From Azolla caroliniana (lineage: Eukaryota > Plantae > Polypodiophyta): a stretch of 64,000 nucleotides of DNA. Of this stretch, positions 25,986 to 38,315 are shown piece by piece (position 1 is the first letter of the stretch; every line of letters starts with the position of its first letter). The notes beneath the pieces were generated by a model that saw nothing but the letters and a program-made list of their open reading frames with translations, made no database searches and had not been told where the DNA came from. The stretch is from assembly GCA_043228905.1 (NCBI GenBank), contig JBHGNT010000016.1:13268001-13332000 (forward strand), written 5' to 3'. Both the position numbers and the translations under genes were made by a program.

Positions 25986-27157
25986 TTAGTGTGGATCTAT
26001 AGTAATTTTTTTTGTGTTAACTAATAAATAGTGTAGATTTTTAGATTTAGTCCTACAAATTATTGGTTTGCGGATGTGTTGTAGTAGAGGGTCTTCTAGG
26101 AGGTTTAAGTGTAGGTTAATAAGGGTTTCTTTTATTCCTAGATTAGGGGCTTGGTGTGTGAATTTAAGTTTAAAGATTATGGGTGTGGGGTTTTGGTTAA
26201 TGGTTTTGTTTGAGTGGAGAGTTGGTCTAAGGGAATAGCGGTGTTTTTTGAATATATTGAGGATAAAGTGTGTAGGGTATCCTCGTGCTCGTAGTCTATT
26301 AAAAAATAGTTGTTGCATTTTTAAATAACCTTGGGTTGTACTTTCTCTAATAATGTATCTTTTAAGTTCATTCGAGAGAAAGCTTTTTTTGACGTGGATA
26401 AGATGTGTCGAGGTGAAGGGTATATATTGGTAAGTATTAAGTTCTTTTTGAAAACAATTAAAGGTGAAACTATTATTATCTAAGTTTATCCAAAGGTCGA
26501 GAAAAGGGAGTTTAGTGAGAGAGGTTTGGATGGTTAGTTTAATGGATTTTTGAGTGGTAATACTATAGAAATTTAGGTAGTCTAAGAGTCTAAGGCATCG
26601 TCAATATATCTCTGAAATAAAATAAATGGGGAGATGGGTTGGCATTCACGAGGTATGACAAAAAAAGGCAAGTATATACTACAGAAAAATTGTTTCTCAT
26701 GGCTACGCTCTCAATTTGTTAATAGATTTGGTTATTAAATTTAGGAAATTGGTAAATTCACAGTTTTGTCCATATTTTCACAGTTTTTTTGGGGGGATGG
26801 AATCTGGCTATCATTTGTAGTGCAAATAATCATATTTCTGAACTCAAAAAAAATACTTTGAAAATACGGAAAAAACTGTGAATTTACCAATTTCCTAAAT
26901 TTAAGGAAGTGATATTCTAAGGTTACAACGCTGAGAGCATAGATGAGGTTGGCTTTTTGTTTTGAGAAATGGGGGGTAATTAGGTGTTTTAGGGTGAGTA
27001 GTCCTAGTTTTGGTGGAATACTCGGGTAGAGGATTTCTACGTCAAAAGAAAAGATGACGCTATTGGGTGGTGTCGTAAGGTTTTCTAGGGATTGTACTAA
27101 GGTATTGTTTTTGTTGTAGGAGTATGGGGAGGAGTTGGTGGTGTAGCCACTTAGAAG
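25986..27157 (-). pseudogene. Penelope-like element reverse transcriptase (5'-truncated, decayed)
   Basis: Motifs FSFDVEILYPSIP, FKFNNQIY*Q..VAM-like (after removing the MITE), FQRYIDDAL, thumb YQYIPFTSTH..KKSFLSNELKRY..RLRARGYP and linker KPII...KNLHYLLV, then a stop. Confidence 0.85.
26744..26895. mobile_element. 152-bp MITE inside the PLE reverse transcriptase
   Basis: 24-bp perfect terminal inverted repeat GGAAATTGGTAAATTCACAGTTTT. 8-bp TSD TAAATTTA at 26736-26743 and 26896-26903. Excision restores the RT frame. Confidence 0.9.
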
Positions 27158-29262
27158 TTTGACCATAAAGTTGACCATGCCTACATTGAATCCCATATCA
27201 ACAATTTCTAGTATTAAAGACTCCTCTCTTCCATACTTCAAATCGGTTTTAACAAAATATTGTGTAGCTCAAAGTGGTTGTATTGAATTGCCAAGATTTA
27301 ATTCAAGGGGAAATTGTAGAAGGAAGTTGTTGTGGGGAAAAAGCATGGGCTTATGTGGAATAAATGCCAAAGAGGATGAAATCTTCTCATTTATTTACGA
27401 AGAGTAAAAGCCAAACTTAGAAGCACTAAAACTGTTGATCTACATATCTAATAAATAGAAAGAGGAGTTGATATTTGTAAGTTCATGTACATAATGGGAA
27501 GGACACATCAAAAGTAGTCTAGGAAACATGAGAATTGAACGGAAGCAACTAGTAACAATGTCTCATGAAGACTTCGTTTGGAACCCTACACAATAACCAT
27601 ATGATATTCTCGAACGAGAGTCAATTGACTCTTAAGGAACATGCCAATGGTCTACCAAGGAGCCACTATACCTTTGGGCTTGCTACAAACTTGCATAACC
27701 AAGAATATGACAATAACATGTTGTTCACTCTTTCATTCACTTAAATTCACCTCCGATTAATTTAGTGAAGAGGTACATGTTGGTACACGCTACTCTCGAA
27801 GCTTCTTTGAGGTGTTTGGAAAACGTGAGTGTCCCACGATTGCTTGACAATTTTGGGGTGTAATCACAAACAACATTGGATTGATTGGCAATGGGTTTAG
27901 GGTTGAACCCATAGATATCAAGGAGTATGGTTGTGATGAGGTTATTATGTTTGATTGTTGATTGGATGAACAATTAATATGCACAAGTGATGCTAGAGGA
28001 ATTTTAGGATACTCTAGGAAGATTTTTAAAATTTTAAAATTTTCATGCACTTTCTAAATTGGAGGTTAATTTGGTCTATTGAATCTTAATATTGGGGATA
28101 TTTTTATTCTTAAAATTAGTGATAAGATTTTTTGTATTTACTGTATTGTATGCTATAAGTCATCAAATACAATAAGCACATCTTATTGTCACATATCACA
28201 CATCATTCAAGTACATATTGTATTGTATGAGTTAACAAATCTTTGATAGAGAACAAATATCTTGTAGATGGTATGCTCATTTGGCCATATGAGGTTAGCG
28301 AAGAGGCTTATGCCACTAATGCACGAGTAGCTGGGAACAATATGTACATGAGCATGCATGGAAAGAAATTTATATGCAATATCCAAAATTCTTAGGTTAT
28401 GCATGTAAATTGAAGAAGGCATTGTATGTATTACCAACAACGAACATGAAGTGCTTAATTACGCATGGATTTGAAATATCATAGTTTGTGTATATGTTAG
28501 TTAGTACAATAGAATCATTCTGATTGTGAATTGTGGGGATGTTTATATCCTTGAATGCTCAAGAGACATCAAACATTTGTTGGAGGGATATATTTAACCT
28601 TTGGTTTGAAGAGAAAGAGAGAAGGATATAGTATCATTGAAGTAGACACATATTGCACAATGCTTAATATGAGGAGTCACGGTATGACAAACATTTTTTT
28701 GTATTTTTTGGGCTTTAAGAAATATATGATGATTAAGTATTCAATTTGTATGATTTCATTATCTTTGTCAGGTAGTTATGTTTATTTGTGTATTTTCTAT
28801 AGTAATAAAATGTATAATAATGAAGCATCATATAGAGCTTTTCATTATTAAAACTTGTGCGTCAAATGACATATTAGTTTTTGCACCCTGATGTCATATG
28901 ACATACATCTTTAAAAAATGCGCGTCAAAAAACTCAACGACTAACCCATCAAATTCAGGCCCTGATTGGCATTACCAAAATGCCATGAAAGAAGCATCCA
29001 GTGACAACCTGGATGGAGAGTTTTCAACCATCCAAAATTAGGATAGTGACGACCTAGATTTATAGTCTTCTTGTATTTTGGGGGAAAGACTTTTCAAGCA
29101 CCTTCACCACATGATCCGGATGTCTTTATCTGTTTTGAGCTAATGATTTGTACTGCTTAATCTGTGGGAGACCCAGTCCTTCTTGTTCTCCAGAAGTATA
29201 CGATCGGTCTAAAAAGACTGACCATTGATTGGGGATGCTTATTCTGCAGTGTGCACTCAGCC

Positions 29263-32200
29263 ATGGAAACTAAGCATTCTTCTTCTTCTTCTCATTATTA
29301 TTGTGCAGAGCAGCTCCTGACTTTGATCACCGCAATGTCATGCTTCCTACTTGAGGCTTTTCTAATCACAACTACTCATGTTGCGGCCGACAGCACAGAC
29401 GACAATTATTACTTCCCTTCCTCGAATGTCAATGGCAATCTCTCCTCTTATTACGAAAACCCAGAATACTATGTCTCCTCTTACAGCGATTTCCAGTTCT
29501 GCAACAACCAAACGCTTCTGCAAGCTCTGAATAATGAGAAGAGGCTGTACGGGCGCACCCTCGACATCAACTCAGCCCACCGTTCGGAATACCCTTACAT
29601 TCTCTACTTTCAGCTCTTCTTCGTCATACCCGCGGACGAGCTCTGCGCAAAAAATAATGGCAGTACCCCATCTTACTACCTGTCTCTCTTGGCATATAAA
29701 GGCTATGGAAAGGCGCAAGACCTGAACAAGGGGCAAGTCGTGTGGACCGCCAATGTGGACAACCCAGTCGGCGAGAACGCGTGCCTGGAGCTCAATGCGG
29801 GTGACACCAATCTCAAGCTTGTCGACTATGATCGGAACGGGCCGGATCGCATTGTGTGGCAGACCAATACATCCACCTCTGCCAATGCATCCCTCACCAT
29901 TACCTTTGAGGGGAACCTGGTCCTCTTCACACACGCTACCCTTACTAATGACTCCAAGTTGACCCAAAACATACTTTGGCAATCTTATGAGCATCCCACC
30001 GACACGCTCATGGTGCTGCAAGCTCTTCGACCCGGATATAATCTCACGGCATCCAGCGATAGTAACAAAACAGCCAACTACACCCTCATGATTGGACCTG
30101 ATGGAACCGTTGCCCTATATGCGAAGATCGGGTATCAATCCCTCTATAGCCATACATCTAATAATAGTGCTGTAAATTATACCAGCTATGAATATCGTTA
30201 TTGGGCTTGGACTCTCAATGGTGCACCCCACACGTCTATTGGAGATACGATGGTGCTGTGCTGGTACCCTACCAACCAAAGCCATCTCCAGTTGGATATG
30301 CTTCCATCAGCGAATAGGTTAGTTGATAATGAATGATGAGTTTTGGAATGTGCGCCATATGGTTATCTATATGAATTGCTCACATATGTTTCAAATTCGC
30401 TATATATATAGATCTCACGTTTCGATCTACACCCAAATCTCTCCGGATGATTGTGGTTCACTGCCTCAAGAATGGAAAGGATTTGTATTTGAGGATAAAG
30501 GAAAGGAGGATGAAGCCAATAACTTGACAATAACATATGGCACATTCCTCAGGCTGGAAAGCGATGGAGACCTTCATGCCTACACACTCAATGACACTAG
30601 ATATCCGAATAGCACCGCAGTTTGGAGGAACTTCTCCAGTCTCTTCTCGATAAATCCATGCAAATTGCCTCTCTTCTGTGGATTCTACGGTGTGTGCCAA
30701 GAAGAGTTCCAAAATTGTTCTTCGGATTGTGGAGGATCACAGACATTTGTGCTTCAGGATCCCACAAACCCTAAATCAGGCTGCAAGCTCAAGGATGATA
30801 GTGAATTGATGGAACCCAACAGTACTACTCTGTCTGATTCAACACTATATCATTCGAAGAATTTTTCCGTCATACAAGGGGCCCATTACTTCTCCAACGC
30901 TTTCCGGTCACCTGACCAGAGAAACATTTCTGCAGAAAACTGCAAGGAGAGTTGTAAGAACCTTTGCTCTTGCACGGCCGCATTCTGGGAGTCATCATCA
31001 TCATCAGGTGGTTCTTGCTTCCTCATCCAAGGTCCTGTTGCCACCATTATAGTAGTGAATGCTTCTGCTACTAAAGCATTTCAGGGATTTTTAAAACTCA
31101 TAGACATCTCTACTCCATCCTCATCCTCATCTCTATTCATCCGAATAGGACTACCAGTATTCGGGGTCATCACAGTTATGGCCATACTGGTAGCTGGATA
31201 TCTGTGCAGGAGAAGAAGACTGCAAGCCAAGAAACTGGAACATCATAACGACATGGAAGCTGAGCTCCTGGGTGCCTCGCTTCAAGGGTCGAAGCCCCGA
31301 CGGTTCACATGGAAAGAGATGCATGAAAACACGTGTGGCTTCTCGGACCATCTCGGGAGTGGTGGCTTCGGCAAAGTCTTCCGGGGGGCTATGGACGATG
31401 GCACGCCCATAGCCGTGAAGCAGCTCAACGGTGAAAGCCAACAGGGTAACAAAGAGTTCATTGCCGAGGTGTCCATTCTGGGCCGCACTCACCACCTTCA
31501 CCTTGTCCGCTTGATCGGCTTCTGCCTCGAAGGTACCATGCACAAGTTCCTCGTGTACGAATACATGGAAAATGGATCCTTGGATGCTTGGATCTTCAGT
31601 AAACCCCACAAAGCTAGGTCAGAGACCGACGAGAGTAGGGAGAACAACCAGCAACCCATCCTAACTTGGGAGAGGCGGTTCGACATAGCCTTGGGTACTG
31701 CCAAAGGCTTGGCATACTTGCACGAGGAGTGTGAGGACAGGGTCATACACATGGATCTCAAGCCACAGAACATACTGCTGGGAGCCGATTTCTTCCCGAA
31801 GATTTCCGATTTCGGGCTGTCCCGAAGAGTGGTGAGAGGTGAAGAGAGCGCAGTGGTGACCATGATGAGGGGGACCCCTGGATACTTGGCGCCCGAATGG
31901 CTAACCGACGGGGCCGTGACCGAGAAGTGCGATGTGTACAGCTACGGAATCCTGCTCCTCGAGATCGTGAGCGGGAGAAGAGTGAGAGATTGGAGAGCAT
32001 TGAGGCAGAAGCTGGACATGAGCCGGAATCTGCACGAGGGATTGAGGGAGCTCGTGGACGAGAGGCTCATGAGCTATGGCGTGGGTGTGGCGAAGAAGAA
32101 GATGTACGATGAGAAACAAGCCATGAGGATGGTGGAGGTAGCCATGATGTGCTTGCGAACCAATCCTGGGAGCCGGCCGAGCATGAGCAGAGTAGTGCAC

Positions 32201-32533
32201 ATGTTGGAAGGGAAGATGGAAGCCATTGCCGTGCATGATGGCCCCAATAGTGAGGATTATCAAGAGATGGGGCTCTTAATTCCTAGCAAGAAGATGAAGG
32301 ATGGAGTAGAGCTAGAGCAAGAGCAGCAGTACAAGCATCATTTCTCGGAAATCCAATGGCCCAATGAGTCTTGGGGATCGGGATCCGGCACCACCTCCAC
32401 TACTACGATGGGCAGGACGAGAAAATCGATATTCAGTGGCAAGACATCGTACAAGTATACGGAGATCTCAAAGTCGGAGGAATACATGGATTCACTACAT
32501 GGGGGTCATACGTACAGAATGAGCAAACAATAA
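29263..32533 (+). CDS. G-type lectin S-domain receptor-like Ser/Thr kinase (SD-2-like, non-RD); join(29263..30317,30412..32533), 1058 aa
   Basis: gccATGG start and hydrophobic N-terminus. B-lectin motifs VVWTAN..NPV, GNLVL and LWQSYEHPTDTL, EGF-like CKLPLFCGFYGVC, PAN CKESCKNLCSC, a TM helix, then kinase GSGGFG, AVKQL, HMDLKPQN, DFG and GTPGYLAPEW. Confidence 0.92.
30318..30411 (+). other. Predicted 94-nt phase-2 intron of the receptor kinase
   Basis: AG/GTTAGT donor, AT-rich body, CTCAC branch-like motif and TATAG/ acceptor. Splicing joins ORFs 29164-30336 and 30323-32533 in frame (N-R-SHV). Confidence 0.8.
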
Positions 32534-34039
32534 GATGTAAAAAAACGTGTGTCATTATTATATCATGTGCCATTCAATAAGAAAGCTTTCTTTCGTATCT
32601 TGTCTTCGCTAATCTCCAGCCATTCGCTAATCTCTTTCTTTCGTATCTTGTCTTCCAGAACTCGTGATTTGCGATCCAATATTTTTGTTACAATCCTCGT
32701 GAAATCCTCTAGAGTTGTTCCCACAATGAACACCTGAACATATGGAGCCAAACATTGTCTCCTGCGAAATTAACACGCTTTCATGCCCCAATGCTTCAAC
32801 TTTTTATCTAAAGATTTCAGGAGGAGCCTTGTTCCATCATGAGGAATAAAAGATCCAATCAAAACCTTTCTTTAAATACACATAATTCAATGTGAAATGA
32901 ATATAAAAAAAATTAAATAACAATCCTGGAAAACTCAATTATCTTTAATGAAGTTTGAGCCCGTCACCTTATTACTTAACAAAGTACATAGCTCTTGCCA
33001 CTTAAAGATAACTTTATTGCCTTAACTAGAATTGGGCTTTAAGTACTTTTCTTTCTTCATACGTGATGTGGAAGGAATGAAGGAACAAAAGTTTCCAATA
33101 AGTTAAGGTTATGATTAAGGCCATAATTAGATGGCGATGACAAGAGATAAGTATCAAACTAAAATTTTGAGCTTGCTCATGTGACAATAGCTAATCACTT
33201 AAACAATAAGGACAAGGGTTTGAACCTTCTTATACAGGGCAATAAAAAGCAGAAAAGTTACAAGGCATCAATCGGAGACTCATAACGTCCACTTCAGGAA
33301 TTGTTTTTTACCATTTCCTTATTCTTTATGTCTCTCACCCATGCAATGCAGTTTATCCTTATAAAAATTCTCTCTTACAAAAAATCACATTCACACATGT
33401 ACACAAGCAGAATTATATTTAAGCACAACCATTCCCATCCATACACAAATACATATAGACACAAATACACCCATACAAGCTATAGCACATGTAAAATACA
33501 AACACTTACTTACATAGTTATATACAAATATACCTACATATTGACACCAATCTTCATATAGTTATATGAGCATATATGCAAACCTATACACATATGCACA
33601 TCACCATCAACAAGAACACATCTAGATGCAATTGTAAGTACCTTTTAGGTTACCAACTTTTTGACGTGACGCGGAGGGTTTGAGAGTTGTAAAAGAGAGA
33701 AAGGGAGCAAAAGGGATGCCAAAAAACTTGAATGCATCTTAACACGTTCTCATTCACAAGTGGAGGGATAAGAAATATTTGGTTTGATTTTGAGGCTTTT
33801 TTGGCTATTTCACAAAATATCTTGATGTGTGTATAAGTTTATAACATGTTCTCACAAACTTGATGAAAAAGCTAAAAATTTCACCATTTGGTAAAATTGA
33901 AAATATCAAATGTTTGCCAAACCCTCCCGTTTTTTAAATTCCTTTATTTTCCCCTCTATTTTCTTCTTCATTTTTTCTTCTCTATCCTCATCTTTTTTCT
34001 CCCTCTTCTTTAACGTCTAACTTCTTCTAACTTCCAACG

Positions 34040-35340
34040 TGGCTTTTTGTGTCCGTAGGCTTGCTCTGTTCCTTCTTAACATACATATCCACCTCATGGA
34101 GTCTTTCTTCGTCAAGCTCATTACCAAAACTGAGTGATTTTGTTTTTACTCTTCATAGATGATGTTCGTTCCGAAGTTTCCTGAGCAGCCTCTATCTTCT
34201 CTTTCTCAAGCTTTGAAACATGCTTCACTAGGATCTGATCTAAGCTCTCGATCAGCATTTCCTTCAGCTGCGTCTTAAAAGAAACACATGGTTCTGGCTC
34301 GTCAAGACACTGTCTTCTTGCCTTTGAAGCTTCAATCCCTCGTTGAAGCTTAGAGACATGTTTCACCAGAATGCTGCCTGGATCACTGGCTGTTAACAGA
34401 GGATGGAGCACTATCCACGGATTCTTCTTGCTCTAAGCTTTGATCCTTTCGTAGTGCACTTAGACCACATGTCGCTACGATATGTGCAAGTGAAACCTGA
34501 TGATCAACACTTAGATTTACAAACCTTTCGAGCATCATTGAAGCTATGGTTCGGATCACTGATCTCTTCTTCTTTTGTGTTGTTTTGAGAGGTCCCTAGT
34601 GACAGAGTAGTGATCATCTGGTTCCGTGTGATTGATTTGTGGGTGATTCTCATCGGTCAAGGGTTCTCCTACCACAGGGATCGGAGTACTTTGGCAGCTG
34701 CTATTGTTTCTTGATCTTGTCATGGTTAGGACAGAATTGAATACAAAGTTAGATATAGAGAAACACCATAGCTAACACAGAGAGAGTAGGGATAGGAAAC
34801 AAAGGCAGAGACAGATTGGGAGGCAAGAGAGAGAGGGAGGAACTCCTCCTCAAGGGGGGTCTCCAGGAGGAGGGAGTGCGTATTGGGTTGGGGTGGAACG
34901 AAGAACGTCTCCCGGAGACGGACACACATAGAGAAAGAGAGGGAAAGTGAAACACAACGTTGAGGTGTAACTTTTCTATTCCTTCCTCTTCTTTTCATCC
35001 TCAGTGGGTTGGGTTTATATAGTACAATATCTTTAGGTTACACGACAATACAAAAAGCCAAATGGGGGTAGTTACACCTACTTACCCCATTCTCTCATAT
35101 TTGTACATGCACACAAAAAGCTAAATGTGCATGTGTACACACTCTTTCTCACACTCACATATTACACATTTCTTGTTTATACAAATTACACCCTTATACA
35201 TTACACTATTAACCCCCTTGTACATCTATACGAGTAACAAAGGTTTTGAAAGATTTAACATGTCGGAAGCAAAACCTTAATGCACTTCGATGTGCTTGGT
35301 CCAAGCATGGAAGTCAGAATTTTTCGCCAACTAGATACTA
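34040..35340 (-). pseudogene. Decayed host-gene fragment with repeated ILVKHVSKL motif, interrupted by a solo LTR
   Basis: ORF 34121-34411 contains GSILVKHVSKLQR and SLDQILVKHVSKLEKEK. The flanks are frameshifted. Confidence 0.5.
34723..35260 (-). mobile_element. Solo LTR
   Basis: TG...CA ends with near-TSD TGTCA (34718-34722) / TGTCG (35261-35265). Minus-strand TATA near 35020 is followed by a CT-rich tract. Confidence 0.7.
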
Positions 35341-35344
35341 CTAA

Positions 35345-36019
35345 GGTTATCATACCTCCACCCGCAAATCCTTCAATGGCCGCTTCAGCCAGATGGCTTT
35401 GCATGTTGTGACAACCACTCCTCGGTATTCGACCTCAGTCTTCGATAGTGCCACTATCAGCTACTTTTTACTGCTCCAAGCAATCGCCACACTCCCCAAG
35501 GAGAACACATAACCTGATGTCGATCGTCGATAATCGGCATTTCCTACCCAGTTGGCATCCGTGTAGCCAACAAGTTGTTTGATAACATCTACTTGATATC
35601 GCAACCCTCTATCCTTCGTGTAGCTCCCATATTTCAAGATTTGATGCGCAAACTGAAGCTGGTCGGTTGTCGATTGTGACATAGATTGACTAATCAGACT
35701 GACTGGATAGCTGAGGTTTGGCTAGGTGATGGTTAAATATGAAAGGCTTCCGACAATCAGCTAGAACCGTGTCGCGTCACAAGTCGACCCCGACTCGAGA
35801 CGAAGCTCACATTCTTGTCAAGAGGAGTCGAGACGGATTTACAATCCACCATGCCAAGTTTGAAGAGCATAATTTAGCACTTAATGTCGTTGGTTGATCA
35901 ATATGCCTTTGGGGGTGCAGATAACTTTGATCCCGAGGAAGTAATGAAGGTCTCCTAGATCATTCATCTCGAATGATGCCACCAATTGAGACTTGATGTG
36001 GTTGATTTCCTCTAGGTCT
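35345..36019 (-). pseudogene. Ty1/copia RT/RNase H remnant
   Basis: LVGYTDANW..RRSTSGYVFSLGS..WSSKK in ORF 35461-35682, with a DLGDLHYFLG-like sequence upstream. Confidence 0.85.
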
Positions 36020-37239
36020 ATTTTCCAATTCTACTTCGGTTCTTGTTTGACTAATTGAAATGTCAAAGCAAGATCCAACTATTCAGATTATTCGTATTGA
36101 AGATGGTTGTCAAAGCACTGGCTAGAGTGATCCAACTATTCCCACAAATTATGATGTGATGGTAGAGGAGAAGAGAGGAAGAGTTGGATCGTGAACGAGT
36201 TTTGAAGAGGGCTGATTTTCGTTGTCCATCCAAAAAGAAAAATTTGGACATACAAAGGGCTGAATCAAAACCTATACAGGCGTCCAGGAAGTCATCTCCA
36301 GCATTCCGAATGTGGACTGAATTGGAATAAGAGGTAGATGCTTTCTCTTTCATTGAAGATTATGTTCTAAAGCCACATATCTCGGTTCCATTGGGAGACT
36401 TGTTGGCAGTCTCCAAATAGGAAGTATAGGATGATTTATTGCAGAAGGTGTGAAGGAAGAGAATTCCAGTTGATACAACGATGTCTGCAAAAAGGAGGCA
36501 GGATGGAAAGAAGGATCTACACAAGTGTTGAAGCATGAATATAATATTCCGAGGAGCCACTTTACTCGGAATCACTGGGCTCAGGCAACTACGACAACGA
36601 AAGTATGACTTGGTGGTTTATCGGATGCAGTCATGGCTTTGATTAATAGTGGCTTGGAGATAAACCTCATATCCTTGGAGGTTTACAAGAAAGGAGGGTG
36701 ATTGATGACCTCTGATCATTGTTAACCGTGGGACAAAAAGGAGATTATAGTGTGAAACGAATCTTGAGGAACGAGTAGGTAAAGTAGATGAAATATCAAA
36801 CTGAGAATGGGAAAGGTAATGAATTACGTGCAGTCGAGAATGACGGTCGAAAACGAAGACGGACTGGAGTGCACCAAGCAAGAAACAGAAGTTATAAAAC
36901 AAGGAGCGGAATCAACGAGAAAGGAAGTTAGAAAGGGAGATACCCTGTTCCTAGAAAGAATTTTTGCTATCTATCTGATTGTAACTCCGGCCGTAAGTCG
37001 TGTTGTAAGCCGTGTAACCATTGCATATATTAATATATATCTCATTGTGGGTCTAATCTGTTGGAGTATCTACCTGTGTAATTTGGAATTGCTATCTTAA
37101 TTTCAAGTATAATTTACATGGCTGGTTGTGGTCGACTATTTCTGTAGGTCGGATTGCCGTGCAATCCCTTGTTCTTGCTCACCACTTCGTACCACGATCC
37201 CTTGACCCGATTACCTTAGAAGTAATTGAAGGTGTTACC

Positions 37240-37294
<55 letters not shown>

Positions 37295-38200
37295 ACAATT
37301 TGGCACGCCTGACTCACGCTATTGTGCATCACAGCGAACAACGTCACTGGAAATGCCCAGCCACCCTTACGACGCCCAACTATCTCACGCGCTCTCGACT
37401 CCCATCCCGCCATGCGGAGCCAACTGAGGAAACCACTAACTTCGTGCTCACACAACAATCATTGCTAGAGCCCCTAGAGTTGCACCACTCACCATCAGTG
37501 GTCCCAAATACACAATCACACATAGGCCGCGACCTCGTCACTCCTCCAAGTCCTCCTGAAGTTACCCAAACTGAGTTCAACCCCTTTTTTGGCGCTACCA
37601 GAAGACCCGGACTTCGACACCATGCCTTACCCATATCCACGTTACACGGGTGGCCCCGATGAAGAAGCTCACATCCGCTCTTTTTAATCCACTTGGTAAG
37701 CCAACCATTCGATGGAGCGTCTTACCGCTATAGAGATTGGCACCTCCAAGATCGTCGAGTTCACACTCTCGCTTGATGCTCTTGCCGCATGGTGGTATTC
37801 TCACCACGATCGTAGGGAGTCTACAACATTCCAGGACATCCGCAACTGTTCCTTGAATTATTCCATCACGAGATCCCAAAGCGCGAACTGCTCTGGCAGT
37901 TCTATATGATTGCCTAGGAACCTAACGAAACGGTTTCCCAGTTCACACTCTGGTTTCAAGATCTCTATCGACAACTCGTAGAAGATGTGTCGGCAAATCA
38001 TTTGAAAGATACATTCCTTGTCAGCTTCCGGGAACCTCTACGGACAACACAGGCCCTCACGGAGTTTTCACAACAAACCATTGAGTAGTTGGTCACTCAC
38101 GTTTTAGCTTTAGATAGGGCCCACCTTAACAATTCCTTCTCAATGGGCACTCTCCAAAACAACTTGCCGACACACGAAGAAACCTAGTTTCGGCAACTGT
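36020..38200 (+). mobile_element. 5' part of a degenerate gypsy-type element (probable long LTR ending TTACA at 37118, then gag)
   Basis: gag-like PEDPDFDTMPYPYPRY...EFTLSLDALAAWWYS at 37600-37800 is homologous to 12241-12781. The LTR start is not resolved. Confidence 0.55.
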
Positions 38201-38279
38201 TGTCAGGAATATTACTACTACTGACAGGGAATTAGTACTAAAAGATGAGGATTAGTACTAAGAAGGGTGCAGATCTCTC

Positions 38280-38315
<36 letters not shown>

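Noticed and set aside
27158-28930. Possible DNA-transposon relic upstream of the kinase
   Set aside because: The region is AT-rich with only fragmentary Cys/Trp-containing peptides. I could not support any motif or termini.
30318-30411. Frameshift making the receptor kinase a pseudogene
   Set aside because: A canonical GT-AG intron joins the two ORFs in frame and no other lesion is visible.
32563-32800. Short minus-strand ORF with duplicated EDKIRKK
   Set aside because: It is explained by a local direct repeat in the kinase 3' region and there is no other evidence of a gene.
37242-37289. (GA)n and other microsatellites
   Set aside because: These are ordinary simple repeats, mostly within LTRs or UTRs.
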